The notes under the pieces: generated by a model
Databases searched by the model: none
Told to the model about the DNA's origin: nothing
The model's input: the letters and a program-made list of their open reading frames with translations, nothing else
Shown here: positions 6,972 through 15,754 of the stretch, one piece after another
Layout of the letters: every line of letters starts with the position of its first letter
Numbering within the stretch: the first letter of the stretch is position 1
Position numbers and translations under genes: made by a program
Source of the DNA: a virus
Reading direction: 5' to 3' (one strand)
DNA length: 37,270 nt
Virus record (IMG/VR): IMGVR_UViG_3300001865_000265

Positions 6972-7262
6972 ATGGTTTATGAAACAACAACAGAGGTAAT
7001 GCTGGGTGTTTACGTTAAATTACAAAAACAGAAAGATAATGCCATGAAAAGAATGCAAGAATTAACATTCCAGATACGATTACTTGAGATTAATGATGGT
7101 GATCCTTTTTTAATTAAGGATTTGGTTAATAAAAAATCTTCAGCTGAATCTAAGTATAATGAAGCTAAGGAACAGTTAGATTTGATACAAGAAAAACGAA
7201 ATGGTGGAGCTTCATTAGACCCCTTTTTGAAAAAAGAAGTAGAATTTGCAGAGAATAAATAA
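6972..7262 (+). CDS. Hypothetical coiled-coil protein (96 aa)
   Basis: GGAGGT RBS; ORF track. Confidence 0.7.
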   Translation: MVYETTTEVMLGVYVKLQKQKDNAMKRMQELTFQIRLLEINDGDPFLIKDLVNKKSSAESKYNEAKEQLDLIQEKRNGGASLDPFLKKEVEFAENK

Positions 7263-7296
7263 CTCTCTGTTACACTTTTATTGAACTAAAAAGGAG

Positions 7297-9366
7297 GTGA
7301 ACACCATTAACACTACTGAAGTAGAGGAAGAAATTCTACTGCCAGAGATCGGGACCAGGGATCTGTCAGAGGATGACATAACAAAATTAAGACTTGCTTT
7401 AAAAATTGTTTATGATGGTCCTTTTGACTTTAAAACAATGGATAAATTTTCATTGAAACTAGCAGGAATGTTAAGGACTGAAGATATTAATTTTGAATCT
7501 GCATTAAATCTTTGGGGAAATTTACAAGCTGATATAGATATTTTAAGAAATGTTTATACAGATCCAGAATCTTATCAAACAAAACTATCATTTAATGAAA
7601 TTTTATCAGAAGATAGTGGAGTAGAATTTGACCCACGAAAGATACGAAAGCTAGAAAAAGATATAAAATCATTAATTGAACTACCTAGACACCATGGAAC
7701 AATAACCAGATCTATGGGTACTGATAAATACATGGTTATAGACCCACGTAGACAACAAACATTATTTGAAAAAGTGTCTTACACTCGCAAGGGTGATGAA
7801 TTAATAGACACTACGGTCGTGATTGAAGGGTTCCTGGATAAATTAATTGTATACGATAATCCTATAGGGGATGACATCAGAAAATTTAAGGCTACTTTTA
7901 TATCTAAACAAAAAAATTATCCACAAAAGATAGGTCCAGGTACAATTTCAGAGATATATAATTTCCTTGTTGAATCAGGATTAATAGAAAGCTCACGATA
8001 TGGTAAAGACATTACAACAGTTGCAATAAACACATTTGTTCGTCAAGGATTAGCTGAAGTCAAATCAGAAATAGAAAGTCCAGGATTTTATAGTTCACCT
8101 GAAGATGACAAGATCATGGTAGTTAAATTAGAAATTGAAAATCAATCCACTGACCAACTCAAAAATGCTTTAGATCTTCTAAAAGAATTTATGGAATGGT
8201 TCCCAGGACACGAACGAAAATTAATCACTATTTTTAAATGGGGGTTAATTAGTCCATTTATTTTTGCAATGAAACAGAGAGGAGCTGATGTACAGTGGTT
8301 ATATCTTTATGGTCGTGGAGGTTCAGGAAAAACAACCATGGGAAAGATGGTCCTTTATATGTGGGGCCAACCTGATGAAAACAATGATATTGGTGGTTCA
8401 GGATTTAATAGTGAATATCGTATAGGAAACCGGCTGCAGCAAAGTACATTACCTATTGTTGTAAATGAACCTGGAATGATATTTGAAAATATCAATACTA
8501 GAGATATGTTAAAAACAGCTTCACAGCAGACAACTAGTAGAGGAAAACAAGTGAATGGTAGATATACTACTATACCTGCACTTGCACCTGTAATATTCAC
8601 AAGTAATCAACCTTTACCAATTATAGGTGATGATCAGGAAGCATTACTAAGACGTTTCTCAAATCAAAGCTTTGGATATGATGAGAAAAAAACTAAAGAA
8701 GAACAGGAAGCATTTAGACGGGCATTTGATATTAAAAATATTAAAAACTGTCGACTTCATGGACTTAAACCATTTGGTCAATTTGTAGCTGATGAAGTTG
8801 TGAATGATCCTACATTAATTGATATGGACTGGAAAGAACTAGCAGATCTTATGATTCTTAGGATCTGCATAGATATTGGAATTGAAGTTCCTGACTGGCT
8901 TAAAGGATGGAGTGAAGTTGAAAGTTTAGATGACTTTGATGATATGCAAAGAGAACGTATCCGAGCATTTTTACAGAAGGAAATTAACAATGCTTATGGT
9001 AGAATTGAAATATTAGATGAAGAGGGAAGACATCAAAAAAAATACAATAATGAAATTGAAGTTAAAACAACTAATGATTTTAATCATCGTGTATGGGTTG
9101 TTTTAAATGAACGTGCTATTCCATGGGCTATTCTTGATTCTAAAGATAAAGTACATTTAACTTATGGATTCATTGAAGCCGTACATAAAGGAACTTGTAT
9201 AAAAGATTCAATGAAAACTATGGCTGAACTATTAAACTGGAAAGTTCCAAAAGGTGGAAGCACAGTAAGATCTGCAGGATTTCAAGGAAAAAGTATTACT
9301 GTAAGTAGGGCTAAATTCACTGAATTTATATTTCCAATATGTACTGCAGAAGTATGTGAAGACTAA
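7297..9366 (+). CDS. Replication protein with SF3/AAA+ helicase-like ATPase domain
   Basis: Walker A YLYGRGGSGKTT, Walker B-like PIVVNE, motif C VIFTSN; PriCT-1-like N-terminal helices (KLAGMLRTEDINFESALNLW); start uncertain. Confidence 0.8.
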   Translation: MNTINTTEVEEEILLPEIGTRDLSEDDITKLRLALKIVYDGPFDFKTMDKFSLKLAGMLRTEDINFESALNLWGNLQADIDILRNVYTDPESYQTKLSFNEILSEDSGVEFDPRKIRKLEKDIKSLIELPRHHGTITRSMGTDKYMVIDPRRQQTLFEKVSYTRKGDELIDTTVVIEGFLDKLIVYDNPIGDDIRKFKATFISKQKNYPQKIGPGTISEIYNFLVESGLIESSRYGKDITTVAINTFVRQGLAEVKSEIESPGFYSSPEDDKIMVVKLEIENQSTDQLKNALDLLKEFMEWFPGHERKLITIFKWGLISPFIFAMKQRGADVQWLYLYGRGGSGKTTMGKMVLYMWGQPDENNDIGGSGFNSEYRIGNRLQQSTLPIVVNEPGMIFENINTRDMLKTASQQTTSRGKQVNGRYTTIPALAPVIFTSNQPLPIIGDDQEALLRRFSNQSFGYDEKKTKEEQEAFRRAFDIKNIKNCRLHGLKPFGQFVADEVVNDPTLIDMDWKELADLMILRICIDIGIEVPDWLKGWSEVESLDDFDDMQRERIRAFLQKEINNAYGRIEILDEEGRHQKKYNNEIEVKTTNDFNHRVWVVLNERAIPWAILDSKDKVHLTYGFIEAVHKGTCIKDSMKTMAELLNWKVPKGGSTVRSAGFQGKSITVSRAKFTEFIFPICTAEVCED

Positions 9367-9367
9367 A

Positions 9368-9601
9368 TTGTCACTTTGACAACCAAAATTTCCAGGGTGA
9401 CAACCACTACAAAGGTTGTCAATCTAAGAATATTCTATACTATTTTTAATTATTTGACTATTTTTAATGGAGTTTTTTTTTGACAACCATTTCCAAAAAA
9501 GACCCCCCTTAATTTGTAGGATTTACATGAAATTTAGGTGGTTGTCACGGTTGTCACGGTTGTCAAAAATTAGGTGGTTGTCAAGGTTGTCAAGGTTGTC
9601 A
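9368..9601. repeat. Iteron-like GGTTGTCA array, probable replication origin
   Basis: 10 exact copies: TGACAACC at 9377, 9398, 9481; GGTTGTCA at 9414, 9540, 9549, 9558, 9576, 9585, 9594; AT-rich spacer 9422-9480. Confidence 0.75.
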
Positions 9602-9626
9602 GTATTATTTGAAAGGAGGTATTATT

Positions 9627-10061
9627 TTGACCAAAAATAAGTTCAAAATTAATGACAATTTAAACGTTATTATTCAACCAAGAGTTGGAAAAGGTGAAGG
9701 AAAACTTATATTATCTGTTTTTGGTATTAAACCAGAGCTGGTTGAATTAAGCACTAATGATGTAGTTGAATTAGTTGATGTATGTTGTGCCCAAATTGGA
9801 CGGATAGCTTATCGTAACCCTGATAAAGAGATGTTACAAGTTAAAGTTTACTTAAATGGAGAATGCAAAACAGTTAAATATGGTCCTTATGGTTTTAGTG
9901 AACTTGTTGAACTTGTACATGGTAAAATGAGATTTCCTGAAGATTTTACAATAACTGTTACTGATAAAAATGGAAAAAATCCTAAAATCTACTCTTTTGA
10001 TGATAAAATTGAGTTAAAAGAGGGAATGCAGATTAATGTAGATAGAACTAATTCAGCTTAA
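9627..10061 (+). CDS. Protein with C-terminal multi-ubiquitin-like (beta-grasp) domain
   Basis: VYLNGECKTVKYGPYGFSELVELV...FTITV...KIELKEGMQINVDRTNSA matches the Multi_ubiq pattern; TTG start after GGAGGT. Confidence 0.6.
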   Translation: MTKNKFKINDNLNVIIQPRVGKGEGKLILSVFGIKPELVELSTNDVVELVDVCCAQIGRIAYRNPDKEMLQVKVYLNGECKTVKYGPYGFSELVELVHGKMRFPEDFTITVTDKNGKNPKIYSFDDKIELKEGMQINVDRTNSA

Positions 10062-10073
10062 CTTGGTGATTAA

Positions 10074-10619
10074 ATGACTAAAAAAAGGCTTGAAACTCCT
10101 AAAGATCTTGAAAATGCTAAATGCTTAGATTGTGGAGCTGAACTAGTAAGATTTGGTGACAGGTCCCAAATTAATTTTAAATGTACTAATAGGAAATGTA
10201 ATTCTTTTTTTTCTGATGATAAATTAGATGAACTGGAGGGTAATCAAATGGAGCTTGATATTAAATATGGAGTTAAATGTGCAACTTGTACAGGTGAAAT
10301 AGATCATGAAGAGGGATATTCTCTTTTATGGGTTGTTGTTGATTTTAAGAAAGAGGTCCCAGATGAATTAGATATGTTTATTTATGATAGAATTTTGGAT
10401 ATTGGTGTTGATAATGGTAAAAAACCAATTCCAGATTTATCGCTTGAAACTGGAAGACTACAGGACCCTAATTGTTTATACATCAGTATGGGAAGGCACG
10501 ATACGGAATATGATTATTTTGAAGACTATTTTGAAGGTATTGAATTTACTGAATGGATGCAAGAAGCCATTAAAGATTTTATAACCAAAAATCCGGAACT
10601 TTTGGAAGTGGAACCATGA
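10074..10619 (+). CDS. Zn-finger protein
   Basis: CLDC, CTNRKC and CATC motifs. Confidence 0.7.
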   Translation: MTKKRLETPKDLENAKCLDCGAELVRFGDRSQINFKCTNRKCNSFFSDDKLDELEGNQMELDIKYGVKCATCTGEIDHEEGYSLLWVVVDFKKEVPDELDMFIYDRILDIGVDNGKKPIPDLSLETGRLQDPNCLYISMGRHDTEYDYFEDYFEGIEFTEWMQEAIKDFITKNPELLEVEP

Positions 10620-10957
10620 TGGAATTCAATGATAAGTTGGTTGAAGAATTAAATTTTGATGAAATAGACATGGGCGAATTATTTATGTATGGGAAGAAAA
10701 AGAACGGAATTACCGTATTAAAGGGCCATAGTTCTTTTTTTAAAGTAGGACGGCAGTTTATTTTTAATCAGAGGTTTAGAGTTCCTGAAAAATATAATCA
10801 CACAACAAAACTAAACTTTGGTAAAAAACGAAAAGGAATTGTGTTTAGCTGTTCTTTTGATGATTTAATGCAAGCTCCTAACACTTTAAGATATTGTTAT
10901 GAAATGCAAAAAGAACAAATTAAATGTTTAAAAGCCTATGCATCTGGTGATTATTGA
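10616..10957 (+). CDS. Hypothetical protein (113 aa)
   Basis: Coupled ORF. Confidence 0.7.
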   Translation: MMEFNDKLVEELNFDEIDMGELFMYGKKKNGITVLKGHSSFFKVGRQFIFNQRFRVPEKYNHTTKLNFGKKRKGIVFSCSFDDLMQAPNTLRYCYEMQKEQIKCLKAYASGDY

Positions 10958-11160
10958 TGAAAGAAATCCAAGAATGCCATGGGTTAAGATTAGATAATCA
11001 TGAATGGTTTCCACAGGGTTTAATTTTAATTTTTAGAGATTCCAAAGGTAATGAAAAAACACTATTCCTTGATAAAGAGAAATGGGATGAAGGGATAGGT
11101 GAAGGGCATAAAGAACACGCAGTTTCTTTAATGGAACACTATGGGGGTCCATACAGATGA
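10954..11160 (+). CDS. Hypothetical protein (68 aa)
   Basis: Coupled ORF. Confidence 0.65.
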   Translation: MMKEIQECHGLRLDNHEWFPQGLILIFRDSKGNEKTLFLDKEKWDEGIGEGHKEHAVSLMEHYGGPYR

Positions 11161-11324
11161 ATGAACTAACCCACATAATTAACGATGAAAATCTTCGTGT
11201 TCATGACTTATTTTCTTTTGATGAAGATGAATCTGAAGACGCTGAAACCTGTCCTTTTTGTGGAACTGTGTTAAGTCCTTTAAATCCTGATAGGTGTTTA
11301 AACTGTGGACGGTTGATAAAATGA
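11157..11324 (+). CDS. Zn-ribbon microprotein, 55 aa
   Basis: Hand-translated ...ETCPFCGTVLSPLNPDRCLNCGRLIK; ATGA overlaps. Confidence 0.7.
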   Translation: MNELTHIINDENLRVHDLFSFDEDESEDAETCPFCGTVLSPLNPDRCLNCGRLIK

Positions 11325-11464
11325 AGTACAAAATGATTGATATTGAAGAGGAATATGAATCAGTTAATTTCTGTCCTTTTTGTGGTTCTAAAAATATTGA
11401 AATGCCTAATGATTTATGTGAATGGGTTTGTAACAGCTGCAAAAGATGGTACACAATTGGGTGA
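11321..11464 (+). CDS. Zn-ribbon microprotein, 47 aa
   Basis: Hand-translated ...NFCPFCGSKNIEMPNDLCEWVCNSCKRWYTIG. Confidence 0.7.
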   Translation: MKYKMIDIEEEYESVNFCPFCGSKNIEMPNDLCEWVCNSCKRWYTIG

Positions 11465-11469
11465 TTAAA

Positions 11470-11745
11470 ATGTCTCAATCTAAATTAGTGGATTATATTA
11501 CAGATAAATATGCTATTGAGCATTGCCCAAAATGCCTAAAACCTTTAACGCCGTACTGGCATACTGTTCTGATTGAACCTTATGAAGACTCTGACAAGGC
11601 TGTTCTGACTCAAGAGAGAAAATGTGATAATTGCGATTACACTGAACAGACGCAGGTTGAACAGTTAAAATCTATTGTTTGTCAAGGTTCCAAAGAAGAT
11701 ACTTGTTTTATATGTGTTAAAGGATGTAAAGGTGGATGTAAATGA
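11470..11745 (+). CDS. Cys-rich Zn-finger protein
   Basis: CPKC, CDNC, CFIC..GC motifs; GGTGA RBS. Confidence 0.7.
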   Translation: MSQSKLVDYITDKYAIEHCPKCLKPLTPYWHTVLIEPYEDSDKAVLTQERKCDNCDYTEQTQVEQLKSIVCQGSKEDTCFICVKGCKGGCK

Positions 11746-11848
11746 AAATTAAAGAATTTAAATATTTCAGTTTTTAAAGTTTTTTCTTAAAAAAATATTG
11801 GGAATTATATGTATGAATTGCTAATTTTATAATAAGGAGGTTGATTAT

Positions 11849-12082
11849 TTGGAAGTTGAAAGTGTTGTTATAAACCATCTAGATGGAACAGTAAATAATT
11901 TTAAAAAAGGGGACGGTTTTATGTTAAAAACAATTGAGTCAATTGAAATTAATGAAAAACTGCTTCAAATTAAATTAAAATTAGAAAAAAACGAATTTCT
12001 TGTTTTTCCAATGAGTAGTATGATTAGCTATTCATATTTTAAAGAACCCCTTCGACCTCAAATAGAAAGTATTCAATTATAA
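11849..12082 (+). CDS. Hypothetical protein (77 aa)
   Basis: AAGGAGGT RBS, TTG start. Confidence 0.65.
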   Translation: MEVESVVINHLDGTVNNFKKGDGFMLKTIESIEINEKLLQIKLKLEKNEFLVFPMSSMISYSYFKEPLRPQIESIQL

Positions 12083-12148
12083 TTATATTTTTTTTAAATT
12101 TTTTTTTAGTTTTGTAAGTACCGAATTAAATCTATATTAGCGGAGGCT

Positions 12149-12847
12149 ATGAACTTGTCTGACAAAACAGAAGGTATAGAAATTTATAACAAACTATTTA
12201 AAGGAAAAGAATTTAGATTACCTCAAAGTAAGCATGAAAGACCTATAATTGAAAGTGAAATAGAAACACGAAAGGATCCCGAAACTGGAGAAATAAAAAA
12301 AGTAGAAGTGAATGAATATGGAACTTGTCTAGAATGTGGATATCCATTAGTGGCCCTGGACAGACACCATGCTGAACGTGTATGTGAATGTGGAGTAACC
12401 AATAAAAAAGTGATTTTACTCCATGATACTGACATAAAGCAGCAACAAAGCTCTGAAAAACTAAGAAGTAGCAAAGATACTGGTTATACTGATGATGAAA
12501 TAAGATTCTTAAAATCTCGAAAGAAAAAAGTACCACAGACCCGGACACCCAAAACAGACTGGAGAAAATCCCAATATTACTTGACACTTGGTAATATCAG
12601 TTCACAACTAATGATGACAAAAATTCAGAAAGACAAAGTAAAAGAAATAATCGACCAACATTCCCTACACATGATACACAGTAGGGTAGATGCAAGGACA
12701 ACTATTGCAGGAATTTGCAGGTATATACTGAAACAAGATGGAAGAGGTAGAGAATTACAATATAATAAATCTGCTTTTAAATTTGTAGGACTTAATAAAT
12801 CTAATTATGATGTAATAGAGCGTAATCTTAAACGAATTGGGATATAG
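12149..12847 (+). CDS. Truncated TFIIB/TFB-like transcription factor (Zn ribbon plus one cyclin-like repeat)
   Basis: TCLECGYPLVALDRHHAERVCECGV resembles the TFB Zn ribbon; LGNISSQLMMTKIQKDKVKEII...TIAGICRYI resembles TFB cyclin helices. Confidence 0.65.
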   Translation: MNLSDKTEGIEIYNKLFKGKEFRLPQSKHERPIIESEIETRKDPETGEIKKVEVNEYGTCLECGYPLVALDRHHAERVCECGVTNKKVILLHDTDIKQQQSSEKLRSSKDTGYTDDEIRFLKSRKKKVPQTRTPKTDWRKSQYYLTLGNISSQLMMTKIQKDKVKEIIDQHSLHMIHSRVDARTTIAGICRYILKQDGRGRELQYNKSAFKFVGLNKSNYDVIERNLKRIGI

Positions 12848-12881
12848 CCTAATATTAATTATTTTCGTTAATTTTTGTAAG

Positions 12882-13001
12882 CCGTACTGTAATGGTAAGA
12901 CAACATACTATTTTGTTGTCTTAATGCTGCGAGGCACTACGGGAATTTCTACCATATTAAATAACCTCGGAGACTGCAAACCTGGGACCCTTGCAGTCTC
13001 C
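12882..13001 (+). other. Structured RNA or terminator at the early/late boundary
   Basis: CCGTA 12882/TACGG 12938 encloses AAGACAAC/GTTGTCTT and TGCT-GCGA-GGCA hairpins; 11-bp hairpin GGAGACTGCAA 12969 / TTGCAGTCTCC 12991 followed by a T-rich run. Confidence 0.5.
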
Positions 13002-13056
13002 CAATTTTCCATATTATTTTTTTTATATAAAATTTTCTAAATCGGAGGCGGACATT

Positions 13057-13278
13057 ATGTCAGTATTTGAAAATATAGACCATGGAGAACTATCAACAAT
13101 TTTTGTAACATTTGGAATACCTCTACTTTTAGCGTTAGGGGCTTATATCCAACTACATCCTGAAATAGTTAATAACTATTTAGGGGCGACAGACGGAGCT
13201 TTTGTACTGTTTATCATCGGATTTTTAATCTATAACTACCAAAATCCAAGAACAAATCCAGAACCCCCAATGGAATAG
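13057..13278 (+). CDS. Holin-like membrane protein (2 predicted TM segments)
   Basis: Two hydrophobic segments; TTATATAA box and GGAGG RBS upstream. Confidence 0.5.
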   Translation: MSVFENIDHGELSTIFVTFGIPLLLALGAYIQLHPEIVNNYLGATDGAFVLFIIGFLIYNYQNPRTNPEPPME

Positions 13279-13287
13279 GTACACACA

Positions 13288-13515
13288 ATGTCAGAATTAG
13301 AAATGCTATTTGCAATCCTAGCACCAGCTGTAGCAATTATTTTATTCCTTTTAGGATTAACCTTTTCCGTACTACAACGTATTACAAAAGTTGAAACAAA
13401 TGTATCTCTTTTATTACAATGGGTAGCATGTTTAAATGGTAATATGAGTACAGAGAAAGAATTTAGAGACTTTTTAAAGAAATTAAAACAAGTAAATAAA
13501 GAAAATTGTGGCTGA
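13288..13515 (+). CDS. Membrane protein (1 TM plus coiled coil), holin/antiholin-like
   Basis: N-terminal hydrophobic helix followed by a heptad-like region. Confidence 0.55.
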   Translation: MSELEMLFAILAPAVAIILFLLGLTFSVLQRITKVETNVSLLLQWVACLNGNMSTEKEFRDFLKKLKQVNKENCG

Positions 13516-13663
13516 TATTATCCCAACAATTTATAACCCATATCAAAAACATCCTTGGTACTTCCAGGGATCACCTCCAACCAAATTGGAAGTTGAAACA
13601 GCACTAAATTACCTTAGACACAAATGCACTAAAAAGTGCACTAAAAAGTTCAGAAGTGCATAG
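13508..13663 (+). CDS. Hypothetical protein, 51 aa
   Basis: Hand-translated from a GTG overlapping the upstream gene; fills the gap to terS. Confidence 0.4.
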   Translation: MADIIPTIYNPYQKHPWYFQGSPPTKLEVETALNYLRHKCTKKCTKKFRSA

Positions 13664-13665
13664 AA

Positions 13666-14337
13666 ATGACAACATATAATACACTAACTCCAGAACTCGA
13701 AGACACCATAGAATTAGAAATGATCCATGGATATCGTGATGAAGACGGAAAAAAAGAATATCCAACATTAAAAAGTTCTGCAACATGGTACAATGTAAGC
13801 TACAACTCATTAAAGAAAATTGCTCCAAGTTGGAATTGGAAACAAAAACGAGAAGATCAGAAAGTTAAGGTAGCACGAAAAACTGCTCAAAAAAAGAAAA
13901 GTGAAGATATTAGTGCAGCTGAAATTGAAGAACTTGTTGTTGATGATTTTAAACATAATAAATCTGCTAATAGATTAAGGCGTGGTGTGGATTTAGAACT
14001 TGAAAAGATTATCAATGAAGATGTTTATTTATATACGGATAACAAGACTGGTGAGGCCGTTTATGGTTATCCTTCCAATGCTGCTTATCGTTTAATGAAT
14101 TTGGGTAAAGCTCTTGAGTCATCTCAAAAGGTTGCGAAGACTGCTGCTGGTGAACCTTCTGATATTGCTAAGATTGAAGGTTCTGTTCAGAAGTATAAAG
14201 ATGAGTTTGATGGTATTATGGATAGTGCCCTGGAGAACTTGGAATCTGATGAAGGTAACTCTGAAAAGGTTGAACCTGTAGTGGCTAAACCTGCAGGTAT
14301 TGCTAGGGGTACACGAAGAAAAATAAATCTTGGATAA
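13666..14337 (+). CDS. Terminase small subunit (putative)
   Basis: Directly upstream of and overlapping terL; N-terminal HTH-like segment YPTLKSSATWYNVSYNSLKK. Confidence 0.7.
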   Translation: MTTYNTLTPELEDTIELEMIHGYRDEDGKKEYPTLKSSATWYNVSYNSLKKIAPSWNWKQKREDQKVKVARKTAQKKKSEDISAAEIEELVVDDFKHNKSANRLRRGVDLELEKIINEDVYLYTDNKTGEAVYGYPSNAAYRLMNLGKALESSQKVAKTAAGEPSDIAKIEGSVQKYKDEFDGIMDSALENLESDEGNSEKVEPVVAKPAGIARGTRRKINLG

Positions 14338-15748
14338 TGGGGCCTTTACATTGGCAGATCTAAATCTGGGATCTATAACTCCATATGATCGGGATATGCT
14401 GGACCTGACATTAGTTCAAAATCCATATATTCCTGATAGGATTAAAAAAGGGGTATTGGGTTATCCTCTACAATTAAAATCTCTTATTTATTTAAATCGT
14501 CCTATCCCTAATGATTATCATCGTATACTTATAGGTGGAGAAGCCTATGGAGGTAAAACCTTAATAGGTGCTGTAATATCTTTAAGATTTATACATATTA
14601 AAGGATTTAAAGGATTGGATACTCGAAAAAATTATGATGATTTGACGTCTGAAAGTGTTGACAGTATATTTGGTTATATAGGATTATGGAATGAAGAACT
14701 AGATAAAAAAGATAGATTAAGAATTAAACAACATCCTCCAAGCATCAAGAGTAAAGAAGGAGGATTACTTGATTTCAGAGCCTTTGACCATATTAAGAAG
14801 AAAGAAAAGACACGTTCTAAAACTTATCAACAGATTTGTAATGATGAAGCACCTGAAATTGAGAGACAGATATTAACTTTCCAGGGTCGAAGTCTTAGAC
14901 AAGATATAGACTCACGATTCCCAAAGGCTATTGTGAACTTTGGAAACCCTGAATATGACCCTAAAACATTTGAATTAAATGAAAGCAGTAAAAGGTTTTT
15001 AAATGAATATGTTGATGGGAAATATGTCTATGTTCCAATGGGATGGAAAACAAATCCTTACATTAATCAAATTGAATATGAGGCTAGTTTTGAGGATTTA
15101 GATGAAATTGATAAACAGAGTCAGCAACATGGAAACTGGCATTATACTTACACTAAAGGTAGTTTAATTGACATATCACTACTTAAAAATTATTTAGCAT
15201 CAAACATATTAAATCGTTCTGCTTCTATTTTGAGTATTGACCTTGCAGGACGTGGAAAAGATAAATTTGCTGTTTCTACATTAACACTGGACCTACAAAC
15301 CAATAGGATCCAAATTGATAATATCAGTCAAACTGTTGGAACCAATACAGAAGCATTAATTGAAAATCATGTTCTTGAAGACCATAACCGAGGAGTTTAT
15401 CCTTCAGCGGTTCTACTTGAAATAGAACCTGGCTCATGGATTGATACTGAAAAGTATTGGAAACAGTTCTTTAATCAAATGGGTATTAAAGTGTACCCTA
15501 TAAAACCAATAGGTAATAAATTTAACAGAGCACGACCTTTAATCAGAGAGATGAAGCAGGGACTTGTTACAATTAATGAATTTTTAACTAAGAAGGTTTA
15601 TGAGGAATCTCGTTACGAGGAAACTTATTTTGATTTATTCAAAGGTGAGGTACACAGGTTAGCACCTGTGATGAAAATATCACCTAACATATTGGATACT
15701 CTTAGCCAGGGCTTTAACTATCTCAGAAAAGTAAAAATAAAAGGATGA
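14330..15748 (+). CDS. terL: Terminase large subunit
   Basis: Walker A GGEAYGGKT, Walker B ICNDEA, motif NFGNP, RNase H-like nuclease SIDLAGRGKDKFA and C-terminal D-x-L-S. Confidence 0.92.
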   Translation: MDNGAFTLADLNLGSITPYDRDMLDLTLVQNPYIPDRIKKGVLGYPLQLKSLIYLNRPIPNDYHRILIGGEAYGGKTLIGAVISLRFIHIKGFKGLDTRKNYDDLTSESVDSIFGYIGLWNEELDKKDRLRIKQHPPSIKSKEGGLLDFRAFDHIKKKEKTRSKTYQQICNDEAPEIERQILTFQGRSLRQDIDSRFPKAIVNFGNPEYDPKTFELNESSKRFLNEYVDGKYVYVPMGWKTNPYINQIEYEASFEDLDEIDKQSQQHGNWHYTYTKGSLIDISLLKNYLASNILNRSASILSIDLAGRGKDKFAVSTLTLDLQTNRIQIDNISQTVGTNTEALIENHVLEDHNRGVYPSAVLLEIEPGSWIDTEKYWKQFFNQMGIKVYPIKPIGNKFNRARPLIREMKQGLVTINEFLTKKVYEESRYEETYFDLFKGEVHRLAPVMKISPNILDTLSQGFNYLRKVKIKG

Positions 15749-15754
15749 TTATCT

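Noticed and set aside
9368-9601. CRISPR or mini-CRISPR array
   Set aside because: Repeats are 8 bp with 1-bp or irregular spacing; no spacer-length units and no cas genes
13601-13648. TGCACTAAAAAG tandem repeat as pac site
   Set aside because: Falls in a plausible ORF (CTKKCTKK); no independent support, though not excluded
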